The notes below the pieces were generated by a model. That model did not search any database. It saw only the letters and a program-made list of their open reading frames with translations, and was not told where the DNA came from. Below are positions 1 to 9,373 of a stretch of 32,000 nt of DNA, in pieces (within the stretch, counting starts at the first letter, position 1; each line of letters opens with the position of its first letter). This stretch comes from Ignicoccus pacificus DSM 13166 (GTDB lineage: Archaea > Thermoproteota > Thermoprotei_A > Sulfolobales > Ignicoccaceae). The stretch is taken from contig CP006868.1 in the NCBI GenBank assembly GCA_025340205.1, positions 240,001-272,000 on the forward strand. The letters run 5' to 3'. The translations under genes and the position numbers were made by a program.

Positions 1-1
1 T

Positions 2-247
2 ATGGCGCTGGCGCTAGCCCACTGGGGACTGGTGTTCGCGTTCCAGATAATCGGAGAGCTGGGAGGACCAGTAATGCTGGTAATACTGTACTTCCTAGCG
101 AACATACTGGTCATAATGCTAGAGGGTCTGGTGAGCTTCATCCACGACATAAGGTTGCACTTCTACGAGTGGTTCACCAAGTTCTACGTGGACAGAGGAA
201 GGATGTTCGAGCCCGCCAGACAGATAGTGAGGGTCAGGATAGAGTAA
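2..247 (+). CDS. V-type/A-type ATP synthase subunit I, C-terminal fragment (truncated by window start)
   Basis: C-terminal motif EGLVSFIHDIRLHFYEWFTKFYVDRGRMFEPARQ is typical of subunit I/a C-termini, with preceding hydrophobic helices. Confidence 0.85.
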   Translation: MALALAHWGLVFAFQIIGELGGPVMLVILYFLANILVIMLEGLVSFIHDIRLHFYEWFTKFYVDRGRMFEPARQIVRVRIE

Positions 248-318
248 CCTTTTTGATCAAGGTTAATCCTCCCACTTTTTAGGAACGTAGGTTCCTATCC
301 TAGATCGGCATGATTTAG

Positions 319-2535
319 ATGAGGGATCCAGCGCTCCTAGCGTCGCTGGCGTTGCTCTTCGACGAAAGGCTCTTCGATATCTTAAACTTACCAAAGGTAA
401 CTTTATATGTTAACAAGAGGAGGAGGCTGAGTCAAGAGGAGTTTCAAGAGTTTAGAGAGCTAATCAAGGAACTCGGCGCGTCGTGGGACCCCGGAAGGAG
501 GTCTTGGAAGCTAATCCCTTCGTTCAGGATACAAGAGGCCCAAAGGGTTGAGGAGATAATCGAGAAGCTCAAGGACTTGGCAGAATTTGTCGTAGAGGTG
601 AACGGAAAGGAGGAAAAGGTCTACCTAGATGGGGACTCCATAGTCTCAGCTCTCATGTTCGCAAACGAGGAACTGGAGAGGAAGGCCAAGGAGTTGAAGG
701 GAAGGATCTGCTTTAGACTCATGAGACTTGGAGCCGAAAAGTTCAAGGAATTGTTAAAGTACGCCACTTACGACAAGCTTACTAAGAGCTTCTGCCTAGA
801 CGTAAGGACTCCCGTTCCGAGGGAGCTAGTTGAAACAATGTTCTACTCCGCCGCGGACACCAACGCGATACTAGCTGCCTTCGCCCTCCTCGAATCCGCT
901 CAAGAAGGAAGCGTTATCTTTGAAGGGAATACTGTACTCATAAAGATGGATCCTCAAAAGCTGAAACTCTTCGCCTTTAGGGCCGAGAGCTACGAGGAGT
1001 GCGACCTCCGTTCACCGGAAATAGAGAAGGAGAGGAGAGAGAACGCCCTCAGCTACTGCGAGTACAAGTGGGTGAACGAAGGAGGGGAGCTCCAGCTGGT
1101 AGGAGTTCCTAGGAGGCTCTACGAGCTCGGGGACGAGTGGGTAAGGGTATACAGAGGGTTGTACAAGAGGGCGCTAAGGCTTATAGATGAAGAGCCTAAG
1201 GTTTTGTTCAACGACAAGATGCCCGAGGAGACCTCTCAAGACTTCTTGAGAGACTATCAGAGGGAGGCGGTGAACTCAGCCTTAAAGCTCTTGAGAATAC
1301 AAGGTGCTGCGACGATTCAAGCTGCCACGGGAGCCGGAAAGACCGAGATGGCGGTCGCTCTAGTGAAGGATCTAATGGATAAAGGTATAATTAAGAAAGT
1401 ATTCTTTCTGAGTCTTAACAGGACGCTCAACATTCAAGCTGCTGAGAGGTTTAGGAAATACGGGATAGAGGCTGGATTGGTGGACTCGGAGAACTTCCAG
1501 ATAGACAAGCCGGTCGTCGCTTGCACCGTCCAGACGCTCTACAAGTCATTGGAGAAGTTGGGTAAAGCCAGAAAGGTAGAGTCCGAAAAGGTAGAGGACG
1601 TACTCATTGAGGGTTTTGACTTAGGCCTCGAGAAATCGAAGAAACTCGTAAACGAGTACTTGAGAGCTGACATGATAGTAGTAGACGAGGTTCAACACGT
1701 TCCGGCTAGAACAGTGGCTGAGGTAATTCAAGCGAATCCCTTCTCTCTGAGACTTGGTCTCTCCGCAACTCCTTGGAGGGACGACGGAAGGGACGTAATG
1801 ATATACGCTTTGATTGGTGATATAGCTGAGAGGAGGATCTACTCGAGCGAACTGATAGCTAAAGGGTACTTGGTGCCCGTTGAGATCTACATGTGGCAGA
1901 GGAAGCTTGAAGTAGACGAGGAGATGAAGGACTTGTTAAGGGGACTTCAAGGAGCGCAGAAGTATGCTAAGCTGAAGAACTTCGTATTCTATAACGATAA
2001 AAGAAACGAGGAGATAGCTGAAATAGTTAGGGTGGCTCCGAAGCCCGTTCTCGTGTTGACAAAGGAGATAAAGCACGCTAATGAGATATTTAAGAAGATA
2101 AAGGAAAAGGGTATCTCAGCGATGGTCCTGACGGGAAAGGAAAGTTCGGTTCAAAGGGAGACGGCCTTGAGGTTGATCAAAGAGGAGAAGCTAGATGCCC
2201 TAGTGGCTACTACCTTGGCGGACGAGGGATTGGACCTCCCACCTCTCAGAACCCTAGTGCTGGCAGCTGGAGGAAGATCTCAGACTAGGACCCTTCAGAG
2301 AATCGGAAGGGTAACTAGACCCTATCCGGGCAAGAAAGTTGGTATAGTTGTTGATATATGGGATGATGATAGAGAAGTTGGTGGAATATTCTACAGGCAA
2401 GGTCAAACGAGGGCAGAGCTGTACAAGATCGAAAAGCTGTGGAAGGTTAGAAGGGTTAAGGAGTTCAAGGACTTGTTAAGACATCTTGTAAAGCATAACG
2501 TGGCTAACTTGAAGAAGCTCTTGGGCGGCCAATGA
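319..2535 (+). CDS. XPB/Rad25-like superfamily 2 DNA helicase
   Basis: 738 aa; QAATGAGKTEMAVAL (Walker A), VVDEVQHV (DExH), LGLSATPWRDDGRD, TLADEGLDLPPLRTL and QRIGRVTRPYPGKK (motif VI). Confidence 0.85.
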   Translation: MRDPALLASLALLFDERLFDILNLPKVTLYVNKRRRLSQEEFQEFRELIKELGASWDPGRRSWKLIPSFRIQEAQRVEEIIEKLKDLAEFVVEVNGKEEKVYLDGDSIVSALMFANEELERKAKELKGRICFRLMRLGAEKFKELLKYATYDKLTKSFCLDVRTPVPRELVETMFYSAADTNAILAAFALLESAQEGSVIFEGNTVLIKMDPQKLKLFAFRAESYEECDLRSPEIEKERRENALSYCEYKWVNEGGELQLVGVPRRLYELGDEWVRVYRGLYKRALRLIDEEPKVLFNDKMPEETSQDFLRDYQREAVNSALKLLRIQGAATIQAATGAGKTEMAVALVKDLMDKGIIKKVFFLSLNRTLNIQAAERFRKYGIEAGLVDSENFQIDKPVVACTVQTLYKSLEKLGKARKVESEKVEDVLIEGFDLGLEKSKKLVNEYLRADMIVVDEVQHVPARTVAEVIQANPFSLRLGLSATPWRDDGRDVMIYALIGDIAERRIYSSELIAKGYLVPVEIYMWQRKLEVDEEMKDLLRGLQGAQKYAKLKNFVFYNDKRNEEIAEIVRVAPKPVLVLTKEIKHANEIFKKIKEKGISAMVLTGKESSVQRETALRLIKEEKLDALVATTLADEGLDLPPLRTLVLAAGGRSQTRTLQRIGRVTRPYPGKKVGIVVDIWDDDREVGGIFYRQGQTRAELYKIEKLWKVRRVKEFKDLLRHLVKHNVANLKKLLGGQ

Positions 2536-2577
2536 AGATTTTATAACAAGCGCTTCCCAAGTCCAGCGGGAGCGATC

Positions 2578-2799
2578 ATGACTGACACGGCCCATAAGGT
2601 CTTGGCGGAATCTTTGGGAAGCATCGTGCTAGTCAAGCTTAAGACTGGAAAGGTCAGGGGTAAGCTAAAGACCTTCGACATGCACCTAAATATAGTGCTG
2701 GAGGAGGCTGAGGAAGTCAGCGACGACAAGACCAGACCTCTAGGGACCATCCTCATAAGAGGAGACAGCGTGGTGTTCGTATCTCCTGTGGAGGTGTGA
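2578..2799 (+). CDS. LSm/Sm-like archaeal protein (snRNP homologue)
   Basis: 73 aa; [30 protein letters not shown]...[16 protein letters not shown] matches Sm1/Sm2 motifs. Confidence 0.93.
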   Translation: MTDTAHKVLAESLGSIVLVKLKTGKVRGKLKTFDMHLNIVLEEAEEVSDDKTRPLGTILIRGDSVVFVSPVEV

Positions 2800-2803
2800 G
2801 GCG

Positions 2804-2995
2804 ATGGGGAAGGGTACGCCATCCTTTGGTAAGATGAACAAGAACAAGACGCACATAAGGTGCAGGAGGTGCGGAAGACATTCCTTTAACGTCAGGAAAG
2901 GTTACTGCGTCGCTTGCGGATATGGCAAGTCTAAGCGCATGAGGCGCTACAGCTGGCAGAACAAGAAGTCTTGGGCTAGAGTCCGCCTGAAGTAG
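2804..2995 (+). CDS. rpl37e: 50S ribosomal protein L37e
   Basis: 63 aa zinc-ribbon protein: [41 protein letters not shown]; the LSm-L37e pair is a known archaeal linkage. Confidence 0.96.
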   Translation: MGKGTPSFGKMNKNKTHIRCRRCGRHSFNVRKGYCVACGYGKSKRMRRYSWQNKKSWARVRLK

Positions 2996-3031
2996 CCCAC
3001 TTTTTCAAGCTCCCCTCAATCCCTATCCTCG

Positions 3032-3688
3032 GTGTCTCAAGTCGTGGACGGAGAGTACAAGCCCCAACCCATTAAGGGTACCACGACTGTTGGCATAAGG
3101 ACTAAGGACGCTGTAATCCTGGCAGCTGACAAGAGGGCCACGGCCGGTAATATGATAGTCCACAAGTCAGTAAAGAAAATAATCAAGGTAAGTGATTACA
3201 TGGCGTTGACTACCGCTGGACTAGTGGCAGACGCCCAAATGCTGGCCGAAGCGCTAAGAAACGAGATAAAGAAGTACGAGCTTCAAATGAGAAAGAGAAT
3301 GCCCGTGAAGAGCGCCGCTATGTTCCTCTCTAACGTACTCTTCGGTGCAGCTAGGGTGTATCCCTACATAGTTCAGTTCCTTCTCGGAGGTTACGATACC
3401 GCCCCCAGGCTCTACAGCTTGGATTGGTTTGGAACAGTTGCCGAGGAGACCTTCTTAGTTACTGGATCCGGATCTCCTATGGCCGTAGGCGTGCTGGAGG
3501 CGGAGTACAGCGAAGACATGAGCGTGGAGGACGCTGTAAAGCTGGCCCTAAAGGCGGTCTATGCCGCCACTAGAAGGGATACGGCCTCTGGCGAAGGAAT
3601 AGATGTAGCGATAATAACCAAGGATGGAATTAGAATGGAGAGGCATAGTCTAGATGAAGTAAAAGGAATGACTATCAAGATAGCCTAA
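3032..3688 (+). CDS. psmB: Proteasome subunit beta
   Basis: Catalytic Thr context KGTTTVGIRTKDAVILAADKRATAGNMI, plus GSGSPMAVGVLE. Confidence 0.93.
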   Translation: MSQVVDGEYKPQPIKGTTTVGIRTKDAVILAADKRATAGNMIVHKSVKKIIKVSDYMALTTAGLVADAQMLAEALRNEIKKYELQMRKRMPVKSAAMFLSNVLFGAARVYPYIVQFLLGGYDTAPRLYSLDWFGTVAEETFLVTGSGSPMAVGVLEAEYSEDMSVEDAVKLALKAVYAATRRDTASGEGIDVAIITKDGIRMERHSLDEVKGMTIKIA

Positions 3689-3798
3689 TTTTTGTTAGGT
3701 AATCATACAAAATTATATATTTGCTGAGATCTCCTCATGGGTGACTTCGAGCACGAGGAAATAAAGGGCGCGCCCAGTGAACCTCCCGGGTAAACGAA

Positions 3799-6700
3799 TT
3801 GAGGAAGCAAGTGGTAATGCTTCTCCTATTTACCACTAGCATAATACTGGCCGCCTCTCCTTCGATGATCGTACCGACCAGCATCAACTGTGTGATTAGT
3901 CAGAACTATCCTAAGCCATCCATAGTGGTGCCCTTAATAATTACAAATGCCCCGACGTACACGGTCAAGATAGAGGCATGCGGACTGATTCAGCCTCTGA
4001 AGTATTACATACCCATGAAAGCTGTCATGACTACCATAAACGTTCCAATACCCTTGAAAGCGCTGAACTATACCTTCCCGTGCAACAGCATAACCGTGGA
4101 GCTCTACAACCCTGCCGGAAAGCTAATGCTGAAGAAGACCATAGCACTTATGGTTAACGTTGACAAAACCTCAAACACTCCTTACGAGTACTGTAGTGCC
4201 GAGAGCGAGTACACTAGCATAAACATAAAGTATGATAACCTAAACCTCGACGCGCTTCTCCAAGCGATATATTCGCAGCAGAGCGAGAGCGTTAATGTAA
4301 TAATAAAGGCATTGAAGGCCAACTCCACTTTCAACGTGGACTCCGAGGGAGCGATGTTCCTATCTATAACTCCCCAAGAATTGGGAAGCGTCATAGGACC
4401 CACTGCGATAATACTCCATAACATCAACAAGACACAGAGGATAACGATAAACTTCGTTCCTACCAGAACCTATGTAAAGATAGACGTTCTAGGGAGGGAC
4501 GCTTCCGCTGCCGTTTTGCAATTAAACGTGAGCGGAACCGATCCGGATCACGACGGTCTAAACAGCTACAAGGAGTTGATGATCTACCACACCAACCCGC
4601 TGAGCAACGACACCGATGGAGATGGATTAAGCGACTACCAAGAAATAGTGAAGTATCACACCAATCCTCTGAAGAAGGACACCGACGATGATGGACTAAC
4701 TGACTATCAGGAAGTAATGATCTACCACACCAACCCTCTCAAGAAAGATACTGACGGAGATGGTTTAACTGACGGTCAAGAAGTGCTAACTTATCACACC
4801 AACCCTCTAAAGGTAGATACTGATGGAGATGGACTTACCGATTACCAAGAAGTAATGATCTACCACACCAATCCGCTAAAGAAGGACAGTGACGGGGATG
4901 GACTTACTGATGGCCAGGAGGTACTGAAGTACCACACCAACCCACTGCTGGCCGATACTGACGGAGATGGACTCAGCGATGGCCAAGAGGTGCTAAAGTA
5001 TCACACCAACCCTCTAAAGGTAGATACTGATGGAGATGGACTTACCGATTATCAAGAGGTCAAGATCTACCACACCAACCCCTTGAAGGTAGATACCGAT
5101 AACGACAGTCTAACCGACTTCCAGGAGGTAAAGATATACCACACCAATCCTCTATGTAACGACACTGACCACGATGGCTTGACCGACGGTCAAGAAGTAC
5201 TCAAGTATCACACCAACCCACTTAATCCTGACACCGATGGCGACGGCTTGACCGACGGTCAAGAGGTCCTAGTCTACCACACTAACCCCTTGAAGAAGGA
5301 TACTGATGGAGACGGACTAACTGACTATCAGGAAGTAATGATCTACCACACCAGCCCCGTCCTAGCTGACAGCGACTTCGACAAGCTCACCGACTACCAA
5401 GAAGTAATGATCTACCATACCAACCCATTAAGTAACGATACCGACCACGATGGTTTAACTGACTACCAAGAGGTCAAGATCTACCATACTAACCCTCTAT
5501 GTAACGACACTGACCACGATGGCTTGAGTGATTACCAAGAAGTAATGATCTATCACACCAATCCCTTGAAGAAGGACACAGACGGAGATGGACTTACCGA
5601 CTACCAAGAGGTCAAGATCTACCATACCAATCCTCTCAAGAAGGATACTGACGGAGACGGACTCACCGATTACCAAGAAGTCGTGATATACGGCACCAAC
5701 CCGCGTAAGGCCGATACTGATGGTGATAAGCTAAATGACAGACTAGAAGTAATGGTACTAGGTACCAACCCACTAAAGAAGGACACCGACGGTGACGGCT
5801 TAACTGACTATCAAGAAGTGGTAGTCTACCACACTAACCCCTTGAAGAAGGATACTGATGGAGACGGACTAACTGACTACGAGGAGGTAATGAAGTATCA
5901 CACCAACCCATTGGTAAAGGACACAGACCACGACGGCCTAACCGATTATCAAGAAGTAAAGGTATACCATACCAATCCTCTAGTCAAGGACACTGATGCT
6001 GACAATTTAACTGACTACCAAGAGGTCAAGATCTATCACACCAATCCTCTCAAGAAAGACACGGATGGCGATGGACTTACCGACTACCAAGAGGTGAAGA
6101 TCTATCATACCAACCCACTGAAGAAGGACAGCGACGGCGATGGCCTAACTGACTATCAAGAGGTGAAGGTATATCACACTAACCCATGGAAGCCTGACAC
6201 CGACGGAGACGGTCTAACTGACTACCAAGAGGTCAAGATATACGGAACCAATCCTCTCAAGAAGGATACTGATGGCGATGGACTAACTGACTACCAAGAA
6301 GTAAAGGTATACCATACCAATCCTCTAGTCAAGGACACTGATGCTGACAATTTAACTGACTACCAAGAGGTCAAGATCTATCACACCAACCCGCTTAACC
6401 CAGACACCGATGGAGACGGGGTGATCGATTCTCTGGACGCCGCTCCGCTAGGAAACTTACAGATAAGGTTGACCGTCAACTTAGAACAGATATTCAACAT
6501 ACCGCCGAACTTGCTGGACAAGCTGTTCGTGAAGATCGGAGTACCCAACAACTTGGTAGTAGTACCGATTAAGCACACGGTGTTCTATACATTCGACGTT
6601 GACGATCAGCAGCCCTACGCAGTCTTCGTGGTGAGCTTGGAGATACACCAAGCCAACGGAGTGGACGTGGTCGACATCAACCCGCAGATGGGCGTGAGGA

Positions 6701-6945
6701 CCTTAACCTTCATAGTGAGGCCCGTTATGGAGCATAACAAGGCTGTAAAGCTAGAGGTATTCCTAAAGCAGCCCAACGCGCTCAAGAAGCTAGCCGAGGT
6801 CAAGCTGCCGGTTCTGAGGAAGAGCGGAAGCGTCATACCGATAGAGCTCAGCCAGTCGCTGTACAGCGGAAACGTCGCTCCGAGAGAGCCCGGCGCCTAC
6901 GTGGCCTCCGTAGGAATATCGATGAGCATGGTAATTACCAAGTAA
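3799..6945 (+). CDS. Large secreted protein with 27 tandem 23-aa calcium-binding TSP3-like repeats
   Basis: TTG start and a signal-peptide-like N-terminus (MRKQVVMLLLFTTSIILAAS). A ~250 aa N-terminal region precedes YHTNPLKKDTDGDGLTDYQEVxx repeats, then a ~160 aa C-terminal domain. Confidence 0.85.
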   Translation: MRKQVVMLLLFTTSIILAASPSMIVPTSINCVISQNYPKPSIVVPLIITNAPTYTVKIEACGLIQPLKYYIPMKAVMTTINVPIPLKALNYTFPCNSITVELYNPAGKLMLKKTIALMVNVDKTSNTPYEYCSAESEYTSINIKYDNLNLDALLQAIYSQQSESVNVIIKALKANSTFNVDSEGAMFLSITPQELGSVIGPTAIILHNINKTQRITINFVPTRTYVKIDVLGRDASAAVLQLNVSGTDPDHDGLNSYKELMIYHTNPLSNDTDGDGLSDYQEIVKYHTNPLKKDTDDDGLTDYQEVMIYHTNPLKKDTDGDGLTDGQEVLTYHTNPLKVDTDGDGLTDYQEVMIYHTNPLKKDSDGDGLTDGQEVLKYHTNPLLADTDGDGLSDGQEVLKYHTNPLKVDTDGDGLTDYQEVKIYHTNPLKVDTDNDSLTDFQEVKIYHTNPLCNDTDHDGLTDGQEVLKYHTNPLNPDTDGDGLTDGQEVLVYHTNPLKKDTDGDGLTDYQEVMIYHTSPVLADSDFDKLTDYQEVMIYHTNPLSNDTDHDGLTDYQEVKIYHTNPLCNDTDHDGLSDYQEVMIYHTNPLKKDTDGDGLTDYQEVKIYHTNPLKKDTDGDGLTDYQEVVIYGTNPRKADTDGDKLNDRLEVMVLGTNPLKKDTDGDGLTDYQEVVVYHTNPLKKDTDGDGLTDYEEVMKYHTNPLVKDTDHDGLTDYQEVKVYHTNPLVKDTDADNLTDYQEVKIYHTNPLKKDTDGDGLTDYQEVKIYHTNPLKKDSDGDGLTDYQEVKVYHTNPWKPDTDGDGLTDYQEVKIYGTNPLKKDTDGDGLTDYQEVKVYHTNPLVKDTDADNLTDYQEVKIYHTNPLNPDTDGDGVIDSLDAAPLGNLQIRLTVNLEQIFNIPPNLLDKLFVKIGVPNNLVVVPIKHTVFYTFDVDDQQPYAVFVVSLEIHQANGVDVVDINPQMGVRTLTFIVRPVMEHNKAVKLEVFLKQPNALKKLAEVKLPVLRKSGSVIPIELSQSLYSGNVAPREPGAYVASVGISMSMVITK
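4585..6447 (+). repeat. Coding tandem repeat, 27 units x 69 bp (23 aa)
   Basis: Units read directly from the translation (YHTNPLSNDTDGDGLSDYQEIVK through YHTNPLNPDTDGDGVIDSLDAAP); all 27 are exactly 23 aa. Confidence 0.95.
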
Positions 6946-7091
6946 CTTTTTGATCACAAGCTAACGATCCTTTTACCTCTCCTTCACCCCTGAAATTTAA
7001 AGTTTCAAAAACGTTCCTTTATCGATTTCATAACAAGGTCCTCGCATTTAGAATAATAACCTTCGTGTACCCTAACCTCCGGTCGATACAC

Positions 7092-8114
7092 ATGGTGAAG
7101 GTAGCGGTCATAGAGGGAGATGGCATAGGACCTGAGGTAGTAAAGGCGACCCTTCAAGTGTTGGAAGAGCTGAAGAAGAGGTACTCTCTACCTTTAGAGT
7201 TTACCTTCGTTGAGGCCGGGGACAGAGCAAAGGAGAAGTACGGCGACCCCCTTCCCAAGGAGAGCTACCAGAAGATCTTGGAGAGCGATGCCATCCTGAA
7301 GGGACCCGTCGGAGAGACGGCGGCGGACGTGATCGTAAGACTCAGGAGGGAGCTGGACCTATACTCTAACATAAGGCCCGCCAAGACCCTTCCCGGAGTT
7401 CCGGCTCTCAAGGAGGACATAGACATAGTAATAGTTAGAGAGAACATAGAGGATCTCTACATAGGAGCTGAGTACATCCTTCCGCCCACCTCCGTTGGTC
7501 AGAGGGTCGCTATAGGAACCAGGCTCACCAGCGAGAGGGAGACCAGAAGGATAGCGAAGGTAGCTGCCGAGTATGCAAAGATGAGGAAGAACAAGGTAAC
7601 TATAATTCATAAGGCAAACGTAATGAGAGTGACTTGTGGTCTATTTAGAGAAGTAGCTAGGGAGGTCCTCGAGAAGGAAGGGGTGGAGGTAGATGAGATG
7701 TACGTCGACGCTGCCGCCATGGAGTTGGTAAGGAATCCCCACCGCTTCGACGTAATGTTGACCCCCAACGTCTTCGGCGACATACTGTCTGACCTAGCTG
7801 CTCAAGTTGTGGGAAGCCTAGGCTTGGCCCCTTCCGCAAACGTGGGAGATGAGAGAGCCCTCTTCGAGCCTGTTCACGGAGCGGCCTTCGACATCGCCGG
7901 TAAGGGAATAGCCAACCCTATCGCCACCATGCTAGCTAGCGCCATGATGCTGGAGTGGCTTGAGATGAAGAAGGGAATGGAGAATGGAAGGAAGGCGGCG
8001 GAAGATCTGAGGAAGGCTATAGAGAAGGCATTAACTGATGGAAAGAAGACCAAGGACTTGGGAGGGGAGCTTGGAACCTTCGAGTTCACGGAAGAGGTAA
8101 TCAAAAGGCTCTAA
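7092..8114 (+). CDS. leuB: 3-isopropylmalate/isocitrate dehydrogenase family enzyme
   Basis: MVKVAVIEGDGIGPEVVKATLQVLEEL; IVRENIEDLYIGAEY; FDVMLTPNVFGDILSDLAAQ; FEPVHGAAFDIAGKGIANP. The track ORF begins at 7065, but the conserved N-terminus starts at the internal Met (MVKVAVIEGDG, 7092). Confidence 0.8.
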   Translation: MVKVAVIEGDGIGPEVVKATLQVLEELKKRYSLPLEFTFVEAGDRAKEKYGDPLPKESYQKILESDAILKGPVGETAADVIVRLRRELDLYSNIRPAKTLPGVPALKEDIDIVIVRENIEDLYIGAEYILPPTSVGQRVAIGTRLTSERETRRIAKVAAEYAKMRKNKVTIIHKANVMRVTCGLFREVAREVLEKEGVEVDEMYVDAAAMELVRNPHRFDVMLTPNVFGDILSDLAAQVVGSLGLAPSANVGDERALFEPVHGAAFDIAGKGIANPIATMLASAMMLEWLEMKKGMENGRKAAEDLRKAIEKALTDGKKTKDLGGELGTFEFTEEVIKRL

Positions 8115-9337
8115 GCGCTTTTTTGGAGGGCCTCGAACTCTCTTGAGGACCTCTTCTCCTCCCTTTTCTCTAATACCTCTTCTACTATCTTCCTGAAGGT
8201 GTCCTCATCTACCCTCACTCCCATGTCTCCTAACCTCTTCACTTCCTTGAGGACTGCTAGGACGATATCTGGCTCTGTAGGATACCCTAGGACCTTTAGG
8301 GCGTGCTCCACTCCGTGTCTTCCGCTGTGCTTTCCTAGAACTATCCTCCTCCTCTGACCCACCATTTCCGGCCTTATCGGCTCGTAGGTGAACGGGTTGT
8401 TGATTATTCCGTGCACGTGAATGCCACTTTCATGAGCGAAGGCGTTAGCTCCCACTATCGGCTTGTTGGGAGGTATCGGTATTCCGGAGAGCTTGGATAC
8501 GAGTAAGCTCGTCTCGTAGAGCAGCTCCGTCTTTATTCCGGTGTTCACGTGGAGGAGGAACTCTAGGGCCGCCACGACCTCTTCCAAGGCGGCGTTGCCA
8601 GCCCTTTCCCCTATTCCGTTGACCGTTACGTGAGCTTGCTGGGCTCCAGCTTCTATTCCCGCTATGGAGTTGGCCACCGCTAATCCGAAGTCGTTGTGAC
8701 AGTGGACGCTCACTATCCTTCCTTGAGCGGCTGGGAGTACGTGCTTGGTTAGGTACTTCATCCTGGTGGGTGTCATGACTCCTACGGTATCTGGGATGTC
8801 TATCCTATCTGCTCCAGCGTCGGTAACTGCCTTCACTACTTGATATAGGTAATCTAGGTCTGCTCTGGTAGCGTCCTCGGGGCTGAACTCGACAGTTACT
8901 CCATGACTCTTGGCGTATTCTACTGCCTCTACGGCCGCCCTGAGAGCCTCCTCCCTGGTCATCCTGAGCTTGTACTTTAAGTGAATGTCAGATGCCGCTA
9001 TGAAGACGTGAATAGCGTCTACGTCGGCGTCCAATGCCTTATCTATGTCCTTCTTCGTGGATCTTGCCAGTCCCACTATCTCCGGCCCAAGCCTTTCCCT
9101 CGCTATTGCTCTTACATTTTCGAACTCTCCAGCTGAGGAGGCGGGGAAGCCCGCCTCTATGCTCGCCACTCCCAGCTTCGCCAGCTGTCTCGCTATCTGT
9201 AGCTTCTGTTCCTTGGTGAAGCTTATTCCCGGGGTCTGCTCCCCGTCCCTTAACGTCGTGTCGAAAATTCTCACTCTTTTGGGTAGAGACTCTATCTCAG
9301 CCAGCACCCTACTCCCTTCAACAATAAGCAACACCAC
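8111..9337 (-). CDS. leuA: 2-isopropylmalate synthase / citramalate synthase family
   Basis: VRIFDTTLRDGEQTPGISFT, VHCHNDFGLAVANSIAG, GERAGNAALEEVV and GKHSGRHGVEHAL. Only ~408 aa, with no clear LeuA regulatory domain. Confidence 0.8.
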   Translation of the reverse strand: MVLLIVEGSRVLAEIESLPKRVRIFDTTLRDGEQTPGISFTKEQKLQIARQLAKLGVASIEAGFPASSAGEFENVRAIARERLGPEIVGLARSTKKDIDKALDADVDAIHVFIAASDIHLKYKLRMTREEALRAAVEAVEYAKSHGVTVEFSPEDATRADLDYLYQVVKAVTDAGADRIDIPDTVGVMTPTRMKYLTKHVLPAAQGRIVSVHCHNDFGLAVANSIAGIEAGAQQAHVTVNGIGERAGNAALEEVVAALEFLLHVNTGIKTELLYETSLLVSKLSGIPIPPNKPIVGANAFAHESGIHVHGIINNPFTYEPIRPEMVGQRRRIVLGKHSGRHGVEHALKVLGYPTEPDIVLAVLKEVKRLGDMGVRVDEDTFRKIVEEVLEKREEKRSSREFEALQKSA

Positions 9338-9373
9338 AGTTTGCGCTCCGGTTAGGTATATAAGAAGCTAGCC

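Noticed and set aside
2541-2822. 93 aa minus-strand ORF opposite the LSm gene
   Set aside because: Shadow ORF of a strongly conserved LSm coding sequence.
4585-6447. 69-bp periodic array considered as CRISPR or non-coding satellite
   Set aside because: The array is in frame throughout a single ORF, has no unique spacers, and encodes a regular protein module.
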